Positions 12,210 to 23,941 of a DNA stretch of 64,000 nt are shown piece after piece (position 1 is the first letter of the stretch; every line of letters starts with the position of its first letter). Both the position numbers and the translations under genes were made by a program. Origin of the DNA: Lama glama (Eukaryota); the NCBI GenBank assembly GCA_028534125.1, contig CM052817.1:75828001-75892000 (forward strand), given 5' to 3'. Under the pieces are notes generated by a model that saw only the letters and a program-made list of their open reading frames with translations, did not search any database and had not been told where the DNA came from.

Positions 12210-14200
12210 GCTTCTCTAGCCAGTTTACTGTTTTTTGTTTGTTTGTTTTTTTCCAATTATCACTTGGGGAAATATCTCTTTGTACCATGACAGAGGTTTG
12301 GCTGCAGTTGGTTCCTGTAAGGATAGCCTTTCTCCTGGAAATATCAGCAAGATGATTTCTCCAGCTTGCAGAGAGTCAAACTTATATGCCCTAGAATCCT
12401 AACAATAGCTAAGGTGGCAAGTAGAAGTACTGCATCTAATAACTCGAACTTAGGGGCCATTTAAAATTGTATTTCCACTGGAAGTAAGGAAGACATGTTG
12501 CTTTCACAACATTCCAAAATCATGAGCTACTCCAAAAGCATATCTACTATCAAAATAAATATTAGCAATTTTGTCCTTGGCTAAAGTACAAACCTGTATA
12601 AGAGCATATAATTCAGCTTGTTGGGCCAAAGTAGCCATAGATAAAGATACTGCCTCAACAACATTGAAAGTGGTTGCCAGTAGCATACTAAGCACAATAT
12701 TTGCCGTTGTCACCTTGTAAATGAGAACCATCAGCAAACCATGAGAATCAGTGTTACCAAATGAATTTCCATCACACGAAGTCAGGAAGTGATCCATCAG
12801 TTTTAAGCAGCTGTGAAGGATTTCACCAGTGACAGAAGGCAAGGAGTAGCAGTTTTATAAAGGTTACTACATCATGAAATAGTAATGTGAGAAGCAGTTA
12901 ACAAAAGGTCATTATAGTAGATCAGTTGGCTAACTGACAGATGTTGAGAATAATGAGAATTCAGAAGAACTTCTAATGCATGAGATACAAAAATGGTTAA
13001 AAAGGCTCTCACAGTGATTTTCTTGATGGTCTTAACCCCAAAGGGCAGTGGCCATAAAAGCCTTAATGCAAGGGGAATATTTCCATGCCACAGGGTCCAC
13101 TTGCTAGCTAAAATATCTTATGGGTCAATGGTGGTCCTAGTGTTTTCAGGTAAGTACCCCAGAGCATTCCTTTCCCTTTCACATATGAAAAGAAAAAAAA
13201 GAAAGAAACTGATCATTGGGGTGTCCATGGCAGATGGATTCATCAAACTCTCCTTTAAGGCCTTGAAGTCTGTGTCATCTGGTTCTTCCCATAAATTGGG
13301 TTGGGGTTATTATAGTTTAGTGAAACATAGAGAGGTTTGGCCATAAGAGAGAAATTTGGAATCCAATTTTGACACTAACCGACCAGCCCAAGAAAGCCTC
13401 ACACATGGTACTTAGTTTGGAGCTTGGGGAAACTTAAGACACCAAAAAGTCTGTCTGAATGTAGGTGTAGCCCTTGTTCTGATGCCAGTTGCCCCAAACA
13501 TCAAACCTGGGTTAGAACAAGTGGCAGTTTTTCTTTGCTGAACTTATGACCCTTGAAGACTAAAAGCTTTAGCAAGTGGATACTGTCTTCCTTTGAGGAG
13601 GCTTGAGGAGGAGAACAAAGCAGCAAATCAACCATATACTGCAGAGTAGGACCTCTAGGGAACTTTGCATCTTTCAGATGAGCCTTCAGGATTTGTGAGA
13701 AACAAGGAGGACTCTCAGTAAAACTCTGAGGCATACTGTCTAGGTGAATTGTTCTTCCCAAGTGACTGCAAAGGTATTCGATAACTTTGTCAACTGGAGT
13801 ACTAAAGAATGCACTACATAAATCAATTACAGTAGAGAATGTGCTTCTGATAGGAATGGATGTTAGTAATTTATGAAGATTAGAAACAACAGTCTGTGGA
13901 GGAATGACAGTGTTGTTTATTGCTCGGAGGTCCTGGAAAAACCTCTACCATCAACCATTAGATTTTCTCACAGGTAAAATAGGAGTGTTACAGGGACTAG
14001 GACAAATGATTCTGAGGCCTTGAGCCTTAAAATCTTCTATTATGGGCTTTATGCCTTGAAGGGCTTCTTTACTTATAGGATATTGATTAATTCTGGGAAA
14101 AATTTTGAAGGGTCTGTTTGAATCTCGATGGCAAGTGTTCTGTGATTTTTGCCAACATTAATCAGAGATTTTCCCCATAAGGAATATGATAGCTGATTTA
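12210..14200 (-). pseudogene. pol: ERV pol pseudogene (reverse transcriptase, connection domain, RNase H)
   Basis: RT: 'RINQYPISKEALQGIKPII', 'SPCNTPILPVRK', 'RFFQDLRAINN', 'VIDLCSAFFS', 'MPQSFTESP', 'LQYMVDLLLCS' (YxDD box lost). RNase H: 'AQQAELYALIQVCTLAKDKIANIYFDSRYAFGVAHDFGML'. Confidence 0.92.
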
Positions 14201-14329
14201 ATAGGGACAAATTATCAGTATTTCCAGAATCAGCTCTAATACTGTCAGAGATGGAAGAAATAAAAAGATGTCAAAGGGTCATTTAATTCCCTTGATTGAT
14301 TACTTTAATGACAACTGTCAAATTCTAGA

Positions 14330-14640
14330 AATATTTTCCCCTTTGGAAAAGAAATTCCAGCATGACACTTCTCTATGAGATCTTGACCTAATAAATGGGT
14401 AAAGGCAAAGGACTTAAGGAGAGTGGATATCTCTCAAAGAGCCTAAACAAAAGGGAAAAGGTTCAGAGACAGGTTTATTAGAGCTCCTCACTGTTTGAAT
14501 GATTTTAGTACTCTGAGCCAGGGGCGCTTTTTTTTTGTATTTAATAATGGGGTTGAGAACTAACAATGTGAATCTGCTATTAATTAGAACTAAGAAGAGT
14601 TTATCCCCAGTTTAGAAAAGTGTTTCTCCAAGCTGATTAA
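14330..14640 (-). pseudogene. pro: ERV aspartic protease pseudogene
   Basis: 'FLVLINSRFTLLVLNP' (degenerate LIDTGATLSVL) near 14550-14600; downstream 'PFIRSRSHRE' region corresponds to the LLGRDL motif with a frameshift. Confidence 0.7.
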
Positions 14641-14719
14641 GGAGGATTGGAAAGAGCCCCAATGTAAACAGAGCCTTGTTGTTGAGAATTGAGAGGGCAT
14701 TAAGAGGGTTAAATGTTCC

Positions 14720-16096
14720 CAAAGCGTTTAAATTTGTAATAATCATTTTTTTCTAATATACTGGCCTTTTGGAATAAAAGCTGAGACTAGGAGAATTTTG
14801 GTTTTGTTTATGAGTTGAAGATTAATAATTTTGGCAGTCTTCCTTGGCAGTCCCTTACCTAGAGTATGGGAGAGTTGGTTTGCCAGATTAACTAAATCTG
14901 GAGTAGATATGGTTTCCCATTCCATCCTGGTCCTTTTTACAAGAAGGGAGAGGAACGGGTTCAGTTGATTAATAACCATAGATTCAAAAGCTTCCCTGAG
15001 TGGAATCAACATTTGAAGGTAGACCATACTTTTATTTAAAAATAATCTAAAGTTAATTGTAATAGATATGAAGAGATTCATCAGATGTTTGTGTGCAAGC
15101 CTGAATTTTGTTCCAATCAACAGGCTTTGGAAAAGCCCTAAGAATTGCTTGATAAAGTCACCTAGCAATGACTCAACCATACACTAAATTAGTGGGCTGG
15201 TCTCCTGGTTGTAATTACAGAGAACTTTCAGGATTCTCCCAATTAGTAGTTTTCATCCAGTGTTGGACCTGGTCTTCACTGACAAGCACGTGAACTAGCT
15301 GATGTAAGTCAGACAAACTAGGTTGATAAGTATGAATAACTATATTAAATTCCTTAGCAAATCTGTAAGGATCTTCCATTACTCTGGGAAAATCTTTGGC
15401 TGTGGCTCACAGTTCAGATTTAGTCCAGGAAATATAAAAACTTAATGATTTAGCCTCTGGATCCTCAGAAGACTTAGTTTTAAAGTTCAGATCCTAACAA
15501 TATCAGAGGAAAAGGTAGTGGAGACAGTTTCAGAGAAAAGGGGAAGTTCAGCAAGATAATTGTATGGGTAAAGTGAGGCTATCCAGGAGGTATAGGCAGT
15601 GTAGAAGGGAAGGAGGAAGATGGTGTCAGAGGTGGAGTCTGAGCAATTGGAGTCAGGAGAGAGAGACAAGATGGAGTCAGAGATAGAGCCTGAGATAAAG
15701 AAGCCAAGAAAGAAGAATCTGAGGCCTCAGGAGCCCTATCTTCAGCCATTTGTTTGCTTTAGTTAATCTTAAAATCTTATTTTGCGCAAAGGCAATTTTA
15801 GACTCCTGACAGCATTGGAAAGCCTCAAGCTATTAAAACTACCAATCAAAATGGGCATTGCACTCAGTTCTGGAAACTTTTAAGCTATTGTAACCCAATT
15901 TGGTTTTATGGAAATTAAATTTGGGGATTTCAAAATTTCCCCATAATTGTCATTGATATCCTAAATTGCCTTTGGTCAGATCAGTCCATATCATTGGAAG
16001 TGAACGTGAGGAAGGACCAAGGCTTTTAAACATGAAATCTGCCAGAGTCCCTATGGGATGGGTGCCCTCAGAATATTTAGATAACTAGTATCTCAT
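14720..16096 (-). pseudogene. gag: ERV gag pseudogene (MA, CA/p30-like, degenerate CCHC zinc knuckle)
   Basis: ATG at 16096; MA-like 'WTDLTKGNLGYQ*QLWGNFEIPK'; CA-like 'YISWTKSEL*ATAKDFPRVMEDPYRFAKEFNIVIHTYQPSLSDLHQLVHVLV'; 'LVKRTRMEWETISTPDLVNLANQL'; knuckle remnant 'SFYSKRPVY*KK' near 14750-14785. Confidence 0.85.
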
Positions 16097-17904
16097 TTCT
16101 TAGAGGTTTTTTCCTGGAATAAAAGAACAATTTTCAAGCAGGTTAAACAGCTGACAGCACAACTCTAAATCTTTGCTCTTTCCATTACATAATACTGTTA
16201 TTTCTAATGAATGAATTAATATGTGAGCATGAGTACATTATTAGGGCAGACAGGACTGCTATATTTAAAATAATATCTTTGCGTTTCCAGAAATGTTTCC
16301 CAGGAATTTAAGCCAATGCATACTTTGCAGAATTTATCTTTGATTTTTTTTTTCTTGAATAAGCTCTCTTAATTAAAATGTACTGGGAACCACCATTATG
16401 ATATTTTCTCAGAGAAAATTGTTTTGCTAATAAAAAAAAGTAATTTTAGTGTCAATAAGCAATAAGTGACATATTCAATCTTTATTTCATGGTACTTTTA
16501 ATTTAGAAATGAAAAATTATTTTCCCAAAGGACTGTCTTTATATAAAGTATGTTTTCATTAAAAAATTACCTTTCTATTATTTATTGAGATATGAACATA
16601 GAAATAGTGATGTTAAACAATACATTTTATAGCTCTAACATTGTAGAGGGATCATGATTTCATAAGAAGAAAATCAGTTATGTAGGTAACATTATTGTAT
16701 AATTTCCCTCAGGATCTCTACATCAGAATAGTTTTATTATATCCTAAAATAAGTCACCTACATTCACTTTAGATATAAAGTAATGTTGAATAAAGCAATA
16801 TCATACAGCATCTCACAGTATGAGCAAAGACATCTGCTTATGTTACCATAAATAGTTATGAACTGAGATGCTCAAATGAGTTTGCCAGCAAAGCATTGCC
16901 TCCTAATTTATTTTTATAGCAAATGGAAGTCTCATTTTTCATGGTTGGGTAGTTCACATTCAAATGTACAAATAACTTCAAATGCAATCACTTTTACACA
17001 GCATGTTTTATTGTGGAGCATAAGATGGAATTGCTAATGGTCTCTTGTTGGGGAGTCATCTCCATCAAGAGTTTTCTTATTTTATTATATTTTTTAAATG
17101 TAATGTGTAAATTGGGATTTATTTATTTAGAGCACAATTAAATGAATCTGAAATTAATAAGAATTTAGTACCATATCTAATGTATAAAGTTGAAAAAAAT
17201 ATATAAATGTTCATTCTAGGAATCTTGGAATTGGTCCAGTTCTTTCTAGGGTGCTGAAACTGAACCTTTTCTTAAAGGATTTTTTTTTTATTTTGACAAA
17301 GGATAAGAAATACTTCATCTATTAAGAGTACTTGGATGATTAAAACTTAACAGAAAGGAAATTGTCTATGAGTAAGATAGTTGTGAAAATAACTGTTTCA
17401 GTAAAATGTAATAAAATTATAAGCCAGGACAAATATTGTATTTCCAGACACATAATTTTAAGTTGTGACATTTTAAATCTTTATTTCAGATAGTATAGAT
17501 TGTAATTTTACATGAGTATTTCTCTTTATCTTTATAGTCAAAAATAAAGTATTTTCAACTCTGAACATAATGATATTTACATTGAATGCTACTTGTTGAC
17601 ATGACAAATTATAGTCTAAGTATTTGTGAACACTTGAAAAACAAATCATTGAGTTATTTTGTCTAAAGTTGTAAATATTGTTTGTTATTCATTTAATTAT
17701 AATTACAGATGGTTTTATTCCACTTCAAAATTGTCCTGTATAAAAATGAGAGTGGATTTATTAGGATTAAATGTAACACGCTTACCACTTCTACAATAGA
17801 AGCATAGCAAAGAAGCACAGAAATGAAATATTTATGCTTAAATATGCAAATACAGGAAAAAGTAATATAATGACTTCAGCAGGTCAAACGTAAGAGTTAC
17901 TGTT

Positions 17905-18070
17905 ATTCCTATTATAAGGTATATAGCACTTACTTTCCCAGATCCAGTCCTAAGTGCTATACATATTTTATTGCACTTAATATCACAGCAAGTCTGTGAG
18001 AACAGGACAATTTCCTTATATAACAGGTGAGAAAACTCAAGTTTGCAAGTAAAGTAATACCCATGTCTCT
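17905..18070. mobile_element. MIR SINE remnant
   Basis: 'cctaagtgct...tcacagcaagtctgtgag...caggtgagaaaact' MIR core-like. Confidence 0.55.
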
Positions 18071-18071
18071 C

Positions 18072-18580
18072 TGTCAGTTAGGGCTCAGTCAGGGAAGCAG
18101 AACTGCCAAGAGCATTATGGAATCAGGGTTATGTTATAGGAATCAGACTTTGATTAAGTCAGGGACTGGTTGAAATATGTATAAAGAGCTGTAGCCTCTG
18201 AATCTGGTGATAGGCCTGAATTTTTGAATGTCAGCTGCTAGTCAGAAAGAAAAGCTGGGTATGAAAACCTGGGAAGTGAGAGGAAACTGGAGCCCATTAG
18301 GACAAGCTAGAACATCTTGTGCAGTTTGGACATTTTGTATAGGGAGGAGGCTGGGAGTGTGAAGGCCTGGCTGCTGCCCTCATCAGTAAAGTGTCAATAG
18401 GTAGTAATAATGTGCTAGAATATAGCAGCACTTGCCACTCTAAATCGACTTAACGGAGCATAAAGTTTCTTCAATCCTACCTTACAAATCTCATGCATAA
18501 TTGTCTTGTGGCTAATTTTAATATGGCAATTACAAAGGAAGGAATCTTGGGAAACATAGTTCCAACATAGTTAAGACAAC
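18072..18580 (-). mobile_element. Ancient ERVL-class solo LTR (LTR33/LTR80-like)
   Basis: Starts 'tgtcagttagggctcagtcagggaagcagaac'; ends near 'gggaaacatagttcc...ttaagaca'. Confidence 0.5.
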
Positions 18581-18593
18581 AAACCAGAATTGG

Positions 18594-18795
18594 CAGGCAC
18601 AAACTACTAAATATAGAATAGATAAACAACAAGGTCCTATTGTGTAGCACAAGGAACTATATTCGATGGCTTGTAGTAGCCTGTAATAAAAAGGAATATG
18701 AAAAATAATGTATGTATAATTGGATTACTATGCTGCATACCAGAAACTAACACAACATTGTAAATCACCTATACTTCAATTTTAAAAATTGGAAA
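18594..18795 (+). mobile_element. Cetartiodactyl-type L1 3' end
   Basis: 'ataaacaacaaggtccta..tagcacaaggaactatattc...ccagaaactaacacaacattgtaaatcacctatacttcaat'. Confidence 0.85.
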
Positions 18796-21700
18796 ACAAA
18801 GACATCACACTAAGAACCCCACACTCTCTCCCCTACAATCTCTTTCTTCATTTTCACTTGAGTGTAAATATATATCTTGGCCTGTTTTCTTTTCTACCCA
18901 TTGACTACAAAGTTGAGATGAATTTTTCCTTTCAGATTCTATAGAATTGAATTCTATAGAAATTACTAAGATAAAATAGTTGTTTGGGATTTTGAAAAAT
19001 GTAAGTTTTGAATGGTGAATTTTAAAAGGACGACTTAGCAACAAAGGAATGCAATAAAATTAATTTTACTACCTAAATATATTTTATTTTTAATATGTAT
19101 CAGAAATATTTAGAAAAATATTTAAGAAACTAAATCTTTGAAATATATACTTAAAGAAATGTATTTTTGGCCTGCTGACAGTTACTAAAAGAAACCACTC
19201 TACTATTAAATATGCATAAAACAGATAAAGCAGAGTGTGAAAACTCTCCTATTATCACTACCAAACTTGTGTCATTGTTTATGACTTCCATGGATGGATA
19301 TTGAAGTTAAATACATATATGTTCAAATTGCATGTATTTTCTGTAAGTTAAAAAAAAAACTCTTAAAAACATGTTGCTCCCAGTCTTGATATGTTTTCAG
19401 TAAGTGTCATATTCTCAATCTTCAAAAGCAATAATGATTTTGAAATAAACGGACTACATCAGGAATATAATGGACACTTAGTTTTGCATATATCTAGGAG
19501 GGATTCTCAACCTCTGGACACAGCATCTTTAAATTGCCAGTAGATATATATGAATATAATACTCCATGTATTTTTTGTTTGTTTCTTTTTGTGGCAAGTG
19601 CTCAAGCTCGATGCAATTCTCCTTTTTCAAACATCAGAATGCTGGCTTTAACATGTATATAGTTTGAGTGAAAAAAATACATCTTTGGGATTCTAACCGA
19701 AATGGACCGTGATGAAGACAATATCTCCTAAATTATCATGCCATTCTCTCTATTAAAACAACATGATAATTCAATGTGGTAAATGATTAAACCGACATTT
19801 GTGTTTGTTTGAAAACTGTACATTACTGTCTCTCTTCTTGACTCTGATCAGAACACATTAGATAAAGTTTGTAAATGTCCGGAGATAAATATATGAGCAC
19901 TAGCTTGTGTTAATAGATTCTGTAGTAAAAGTCATCATGTGCTCATTTGGCCAAATGGGGAGAGCAAATGAGAAAGGAGACTGATGTAACATCTGCAGGC
20001 CCACGTTGCTCTCATTTACAGTTCCATTATGCAAAAGGGTGTTCTGCTTGTCCTTATATATGCTGCTTTATAACTATTCATATATCAGATAGAAACTATA
20101 CAGTTTACACAATTTTCAGCATAGGAATGGCACCAAAACTGAAGTCAATGTATTTTATCTAATAAACTTTTGTGATTCTTTGTAGAACAAATACATAAAT
20201 GAATTAGGTGGGCTAAATTAGATGATTAATGTTGACTGGCAGTTTCATTTATCTCTTTATTTGGTCCATTTAAGTGAAGGCAATATAAATCAAAGATGTT
20301 TTCCTGAACAGAATACATGCCTGTAGGATATCATCATTTGTAAAAATGTAAAAAAAGACATTTCTTCTAATAAAAAGGATGTCTGAGAAATTTGTAAGAT
20401 GTTCCAGAATTCTGTCAATTAGGTAGCTCAGTGATCTATGACAAGACTTCATATAACATTTCTGTTTTTATTATTATTATTATCAATAGTTGTTGTATCA
20501 TTACAACATTAGATTTATTTTTCTTGGTCTAAAGAGAAATTGTTGCATTATTAAGGACACTGAACAGACTAATGCTAATGATGACATATTGAAAAAGCAC
20601 ATAGACAAATTAGCCTAGATAATTCAATATTTAGGACACAGAATACATTGAATTTTTAACTGTTTTAGGTCATGTTAAGTGCTTACCTTTTCTGTGGATT
20701 TATTACATCATGAATTTTAAGTAATATGTTTGATAATGTTACTCATAAATAATAACTTCATTAGTGCAATATGACCATTATACTTTTTGTTCGTGTAGTA
20801 TAGAATTTATGAAAAACAAATAGTATTATAAATGTTAAAAACATTGTTTATTTTATGCACATAAATACTAAATAGTATGAATAACAAATAATGTCTATGT
20901 TGGTAACATTCTATGGAGATTTGTTATTCTTCATATGAATATGAAGTTAAATATAAATAATATATACTACTATTTTCATTTCAATTAAATATCTTAAAAT
21001 ACACTTTTAAATTATATTTTATCTATTAATATAACATAAATATGTTAAACACTTACTGAAAGTTTTTGAACAATTATTTAAAATTCAGCTTTAAATTTGT
21101 AGATTTGAAGTCTTATAATTGAATAAGGTATGAGAACAAACACAATCATCAGGAGAAGTTATTTCTTCATGTTAAAAGTGGTTTTACTTGACAGGACACT
21201 TGAAACTCAAAATTGATTGCAGTTGATGATACCTTTCATTGGTTTAACTGCGTCTTCATCATTTTTTGATTTTGTTGCTTTTGTCTTCTGTCTCACATCC
21301 CATCCTAATAATTGTTACATTTGATACTCATACCTGGTGAACATGTGAGCACTTGGAATGTCAAATTCTCACATTCTCTCTAGTAAATATTGTTTAGTTA
21401 AATAGACACTTTTGGCACACAAGACAATATCCTCAGTGGCTTCTAAATTGAGTTTGGGGCCTAACATGAGGCTTTTTACTTTCTCCATCATGTTCTCATT
21501 TTGAGGAAGATCACATCAGATACCCAGCTAAAAATTTAAATACTTAATAATTTTGAGCTAGGTAGTAAATGATATCCTGATTATTCATATTTCCTTACAT
21601 TTTGCCAAGATATAATTATTTTTAAGTCACCAAGTATTTTTTGAGCTCTTATTAGATTTGTAGACTTGTCATATTTAAAAAGCCATGAACTCTACCATGA

Positions 21701-22499
21701 AAATCTGTAACTTTGGAAAACACACACAAACATATGCACAAATGTTTAGGGACAAATAAAGTTAAAACAGCAAAATAAACAAAAACTTTATAGTAATTAA
21801 TTTATGTAGTAATTTCAAATAGCAACCTTAAAGATTCTGAGTATAATTGAAAATTTTTCAGCTTTGCATTTTCACTGATACCAATGTCCGTGTATTCATT
21901 TTAATACTGTTGCTTAAATGTAAGTTTAATTGAAAAGAAAAACTGTTTACTTGAATATTTTCCAACTTGTGGAAAGATAATAAGTATAAGCTTTCATCTA
22001 TGAAGAATCAGGACTTTTTTTCTAGCTACTTTTTGTGATAAACATCTATTTAAAATAATATTTTCATTTTGTTTAAATTTTGTTACAGTATTTAAGGTTC
22101 ATTTATCAATTATTTATTAGTAAACACTGCTTTTACTTCCACCTTGTAGGGTCTGATGTTTTAAAATCTAAAACAGACCCAGCTTGAAATTGCATGTGCT
22201 AAGAATAAATGGATTTCATAAATGGTTATCAAAAGGAAAAGCACAGCATGAAATAGTCTTATTTTGACTTTAATATTTAGTCAGTGAGTTTTCAGAATTT
22301 CAATTGCCACTTGCTAAATCAGAATAAAATTGATTCTCACTGATTAGCTCTACTTTTTATTATTATCCACTATTATTTATTATTATAGTAAATAGATAAT
22401 ATAAATGTGTTAATAATTGACCGTCAACTAGCAAGCAGAGTAACATGCTTGCAGTGTAGCCTCCAAAAGAATTACAGAAATCTGTCAGTGGCATCAACA

Positions 22500-22628
22500 G
22501 TTTGGGGGGTGTGGGGTGGGAGGCAATTAGGTTTATTTTTGTTTTCTCATTTACCAGTACTGGGGATTGAACCAAGGACCTCATGGCATGCTAAGCACGC
22601 ACTCTACCACTGAGTTATGCCCTCCCCT
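22500..22628 (-). mobile_element. tRNA-Ala-derived SINE, Vic-1-like (camelid)
   Basis: Minus strand reads GGGGAGGGCATAACTCAGTGGTAGAGTGCGTGCTTAGCATG...GGTTCAATCCCCAG (A and B boxes) followed by an AAACCTAATTGCCTCCC tail; TSD CATCAACA at 22492-22499 and 22629-22636. Confidence 0.88.
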
Positions 22629-23489
22629 CATCAACATTTTTTTTTAATTGAGTTAATACTGATTAATAGTAAAAACAAGGAAATTAGGCAACTTTAAATA
22701 TTCAGTCAGAATGGAGTTGGTGAAAACAGATAACTGAACTGATACTAGAATATATGACTCTTTTACACATTTCTCCATTATCTGTCCCCAGTATCTGCTC
22801 CTCTGACATCATCTCTTTATTTCTCAGCAAGACTAGAGTTGCCAGATTTTTTTTCCCCTGGTGGGACATGATTCCAATTTAGTAGGATATTGCAAAGCAT
22901 AAGAGAAATCATATTTACCATTTGCTATTAGTTAAATCTCAGTTAGCATTACTTGCCATTTGTTAAAAAAAAAATTGGGGTCTGGCATTTTTGAGAGATG
23001 TGATAAATACTAAGAGTGAGAGGGCAAGGTTTAGAAAAGTTTTGGCTTCTATAAGCTTCAGTAAGAAAAACTTGTTAAAATTAGCCACTTAAAGGGATAA
23101 TCCTCTCAAGTGAGTTCTAAGTTTATAACATATGCATTACAGATATTATGAAGTACCACTTTGACATTTGTCTTCATGTATAACTTATAATTTTTCTATG
23201 GTTGTTTTTGGCTATGCCTTTTTAAAATCAAATTTTAAAACTCTTTCTTAACTGTGTATAGACTTATGAATCATAGAGAAAAGTGTTTTTCCTCTTGAAT
23301 GTTTGAAAAATTCTATAATTAAAGCTAAACAAAGAAATAATTTTCCTATTTGAGTAATAGCAGCTAATACTTCCTGAAAAATGTGTATGTTCCTGGCTCC
23401 AGACTAAATCCTTTGGATGCATCATCACATATATTCCTTAGGGGAAAGTCGTAAGATTCTTCTAGTGTCCCCTTACATGCAAGAAGAAA

Positions 23490-23941
23490 GTTTCAACTGC
23501 ATAAAAGTTGTGAATTAAGTTTTATATGGATCCAAATGAAGACTATAGTCCAAGAGACAAACTATCAGATAGCGCTAAGGAACTGCTCTGAAGAGGTAGA
23601 TGGTGGTCAGTATCTAGGTGATTTTAGTGAAGAGGGGATGCCTGTAATCAAGCACACATTTTTGCAGAAGGTGCTGCTAATCACAAGGCTGCTGTTGTTA
23701 GTCACGAGGAGATGTTGCTGTTGATGATTTTAGTGCTTTTCTAGATATGGGGAGATGCAGGCTCATAAAATTTTCTGAAAATATCTAAGTGTCTGAAGGC
23801 CTTAGGTATTTTCCCAGAGCATAGAGTGCCTCATTTCTGTTCTCCATCCTGAACTCCTTTCCCCCTAAGAGGAAGCAACTGTAGTGGCTTGTGACTTCAT
23901 TCTTGTAGAGCCAGATGGCGAACAACAATTTTTAGTTGGCA
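23490..23941 (-). mobile_element. Solo ERV1 LTR, MER41-like cetartiodactyl type, interrupting a MIR
   Basis: Inverted termini 'tcaact...agttggca'; internal motifs 'tcagatagcgctaaggaactgctc', 'gattttagtgcttttcta', 'ggctcataaaat'; MIR-like sequence resumes at ~23945-24050. Confidence 0.7.

Larger units (their letters stand above)
12115..16180 (-). mobile_element. Decayed class I (ERV1) endogenous retrovirus: leader-gag-pro-pol(RT, RNase H), then probable 3' LTR remnant; no full integrase, env or 5' LTR seen
   Basis: Collinear retroviral motifs in manual minus-strand translation (see sub-features); many stops and frameshifts. Confidence 0.93.

Noticed and set aside
21232..21305. Minus-strand exon encoding GWDVRQKTKATKSKNDEDAVKPMK
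   Set aside because: Acceptor lacks a pyrimidine tract, donor is weak (gtatca), peptide not recognised.
22554..22627. tRNA-Ala gene
   Set aside because: Acceptor stem is not intact; SINE tail and TSD show it is a retroposed SINE.
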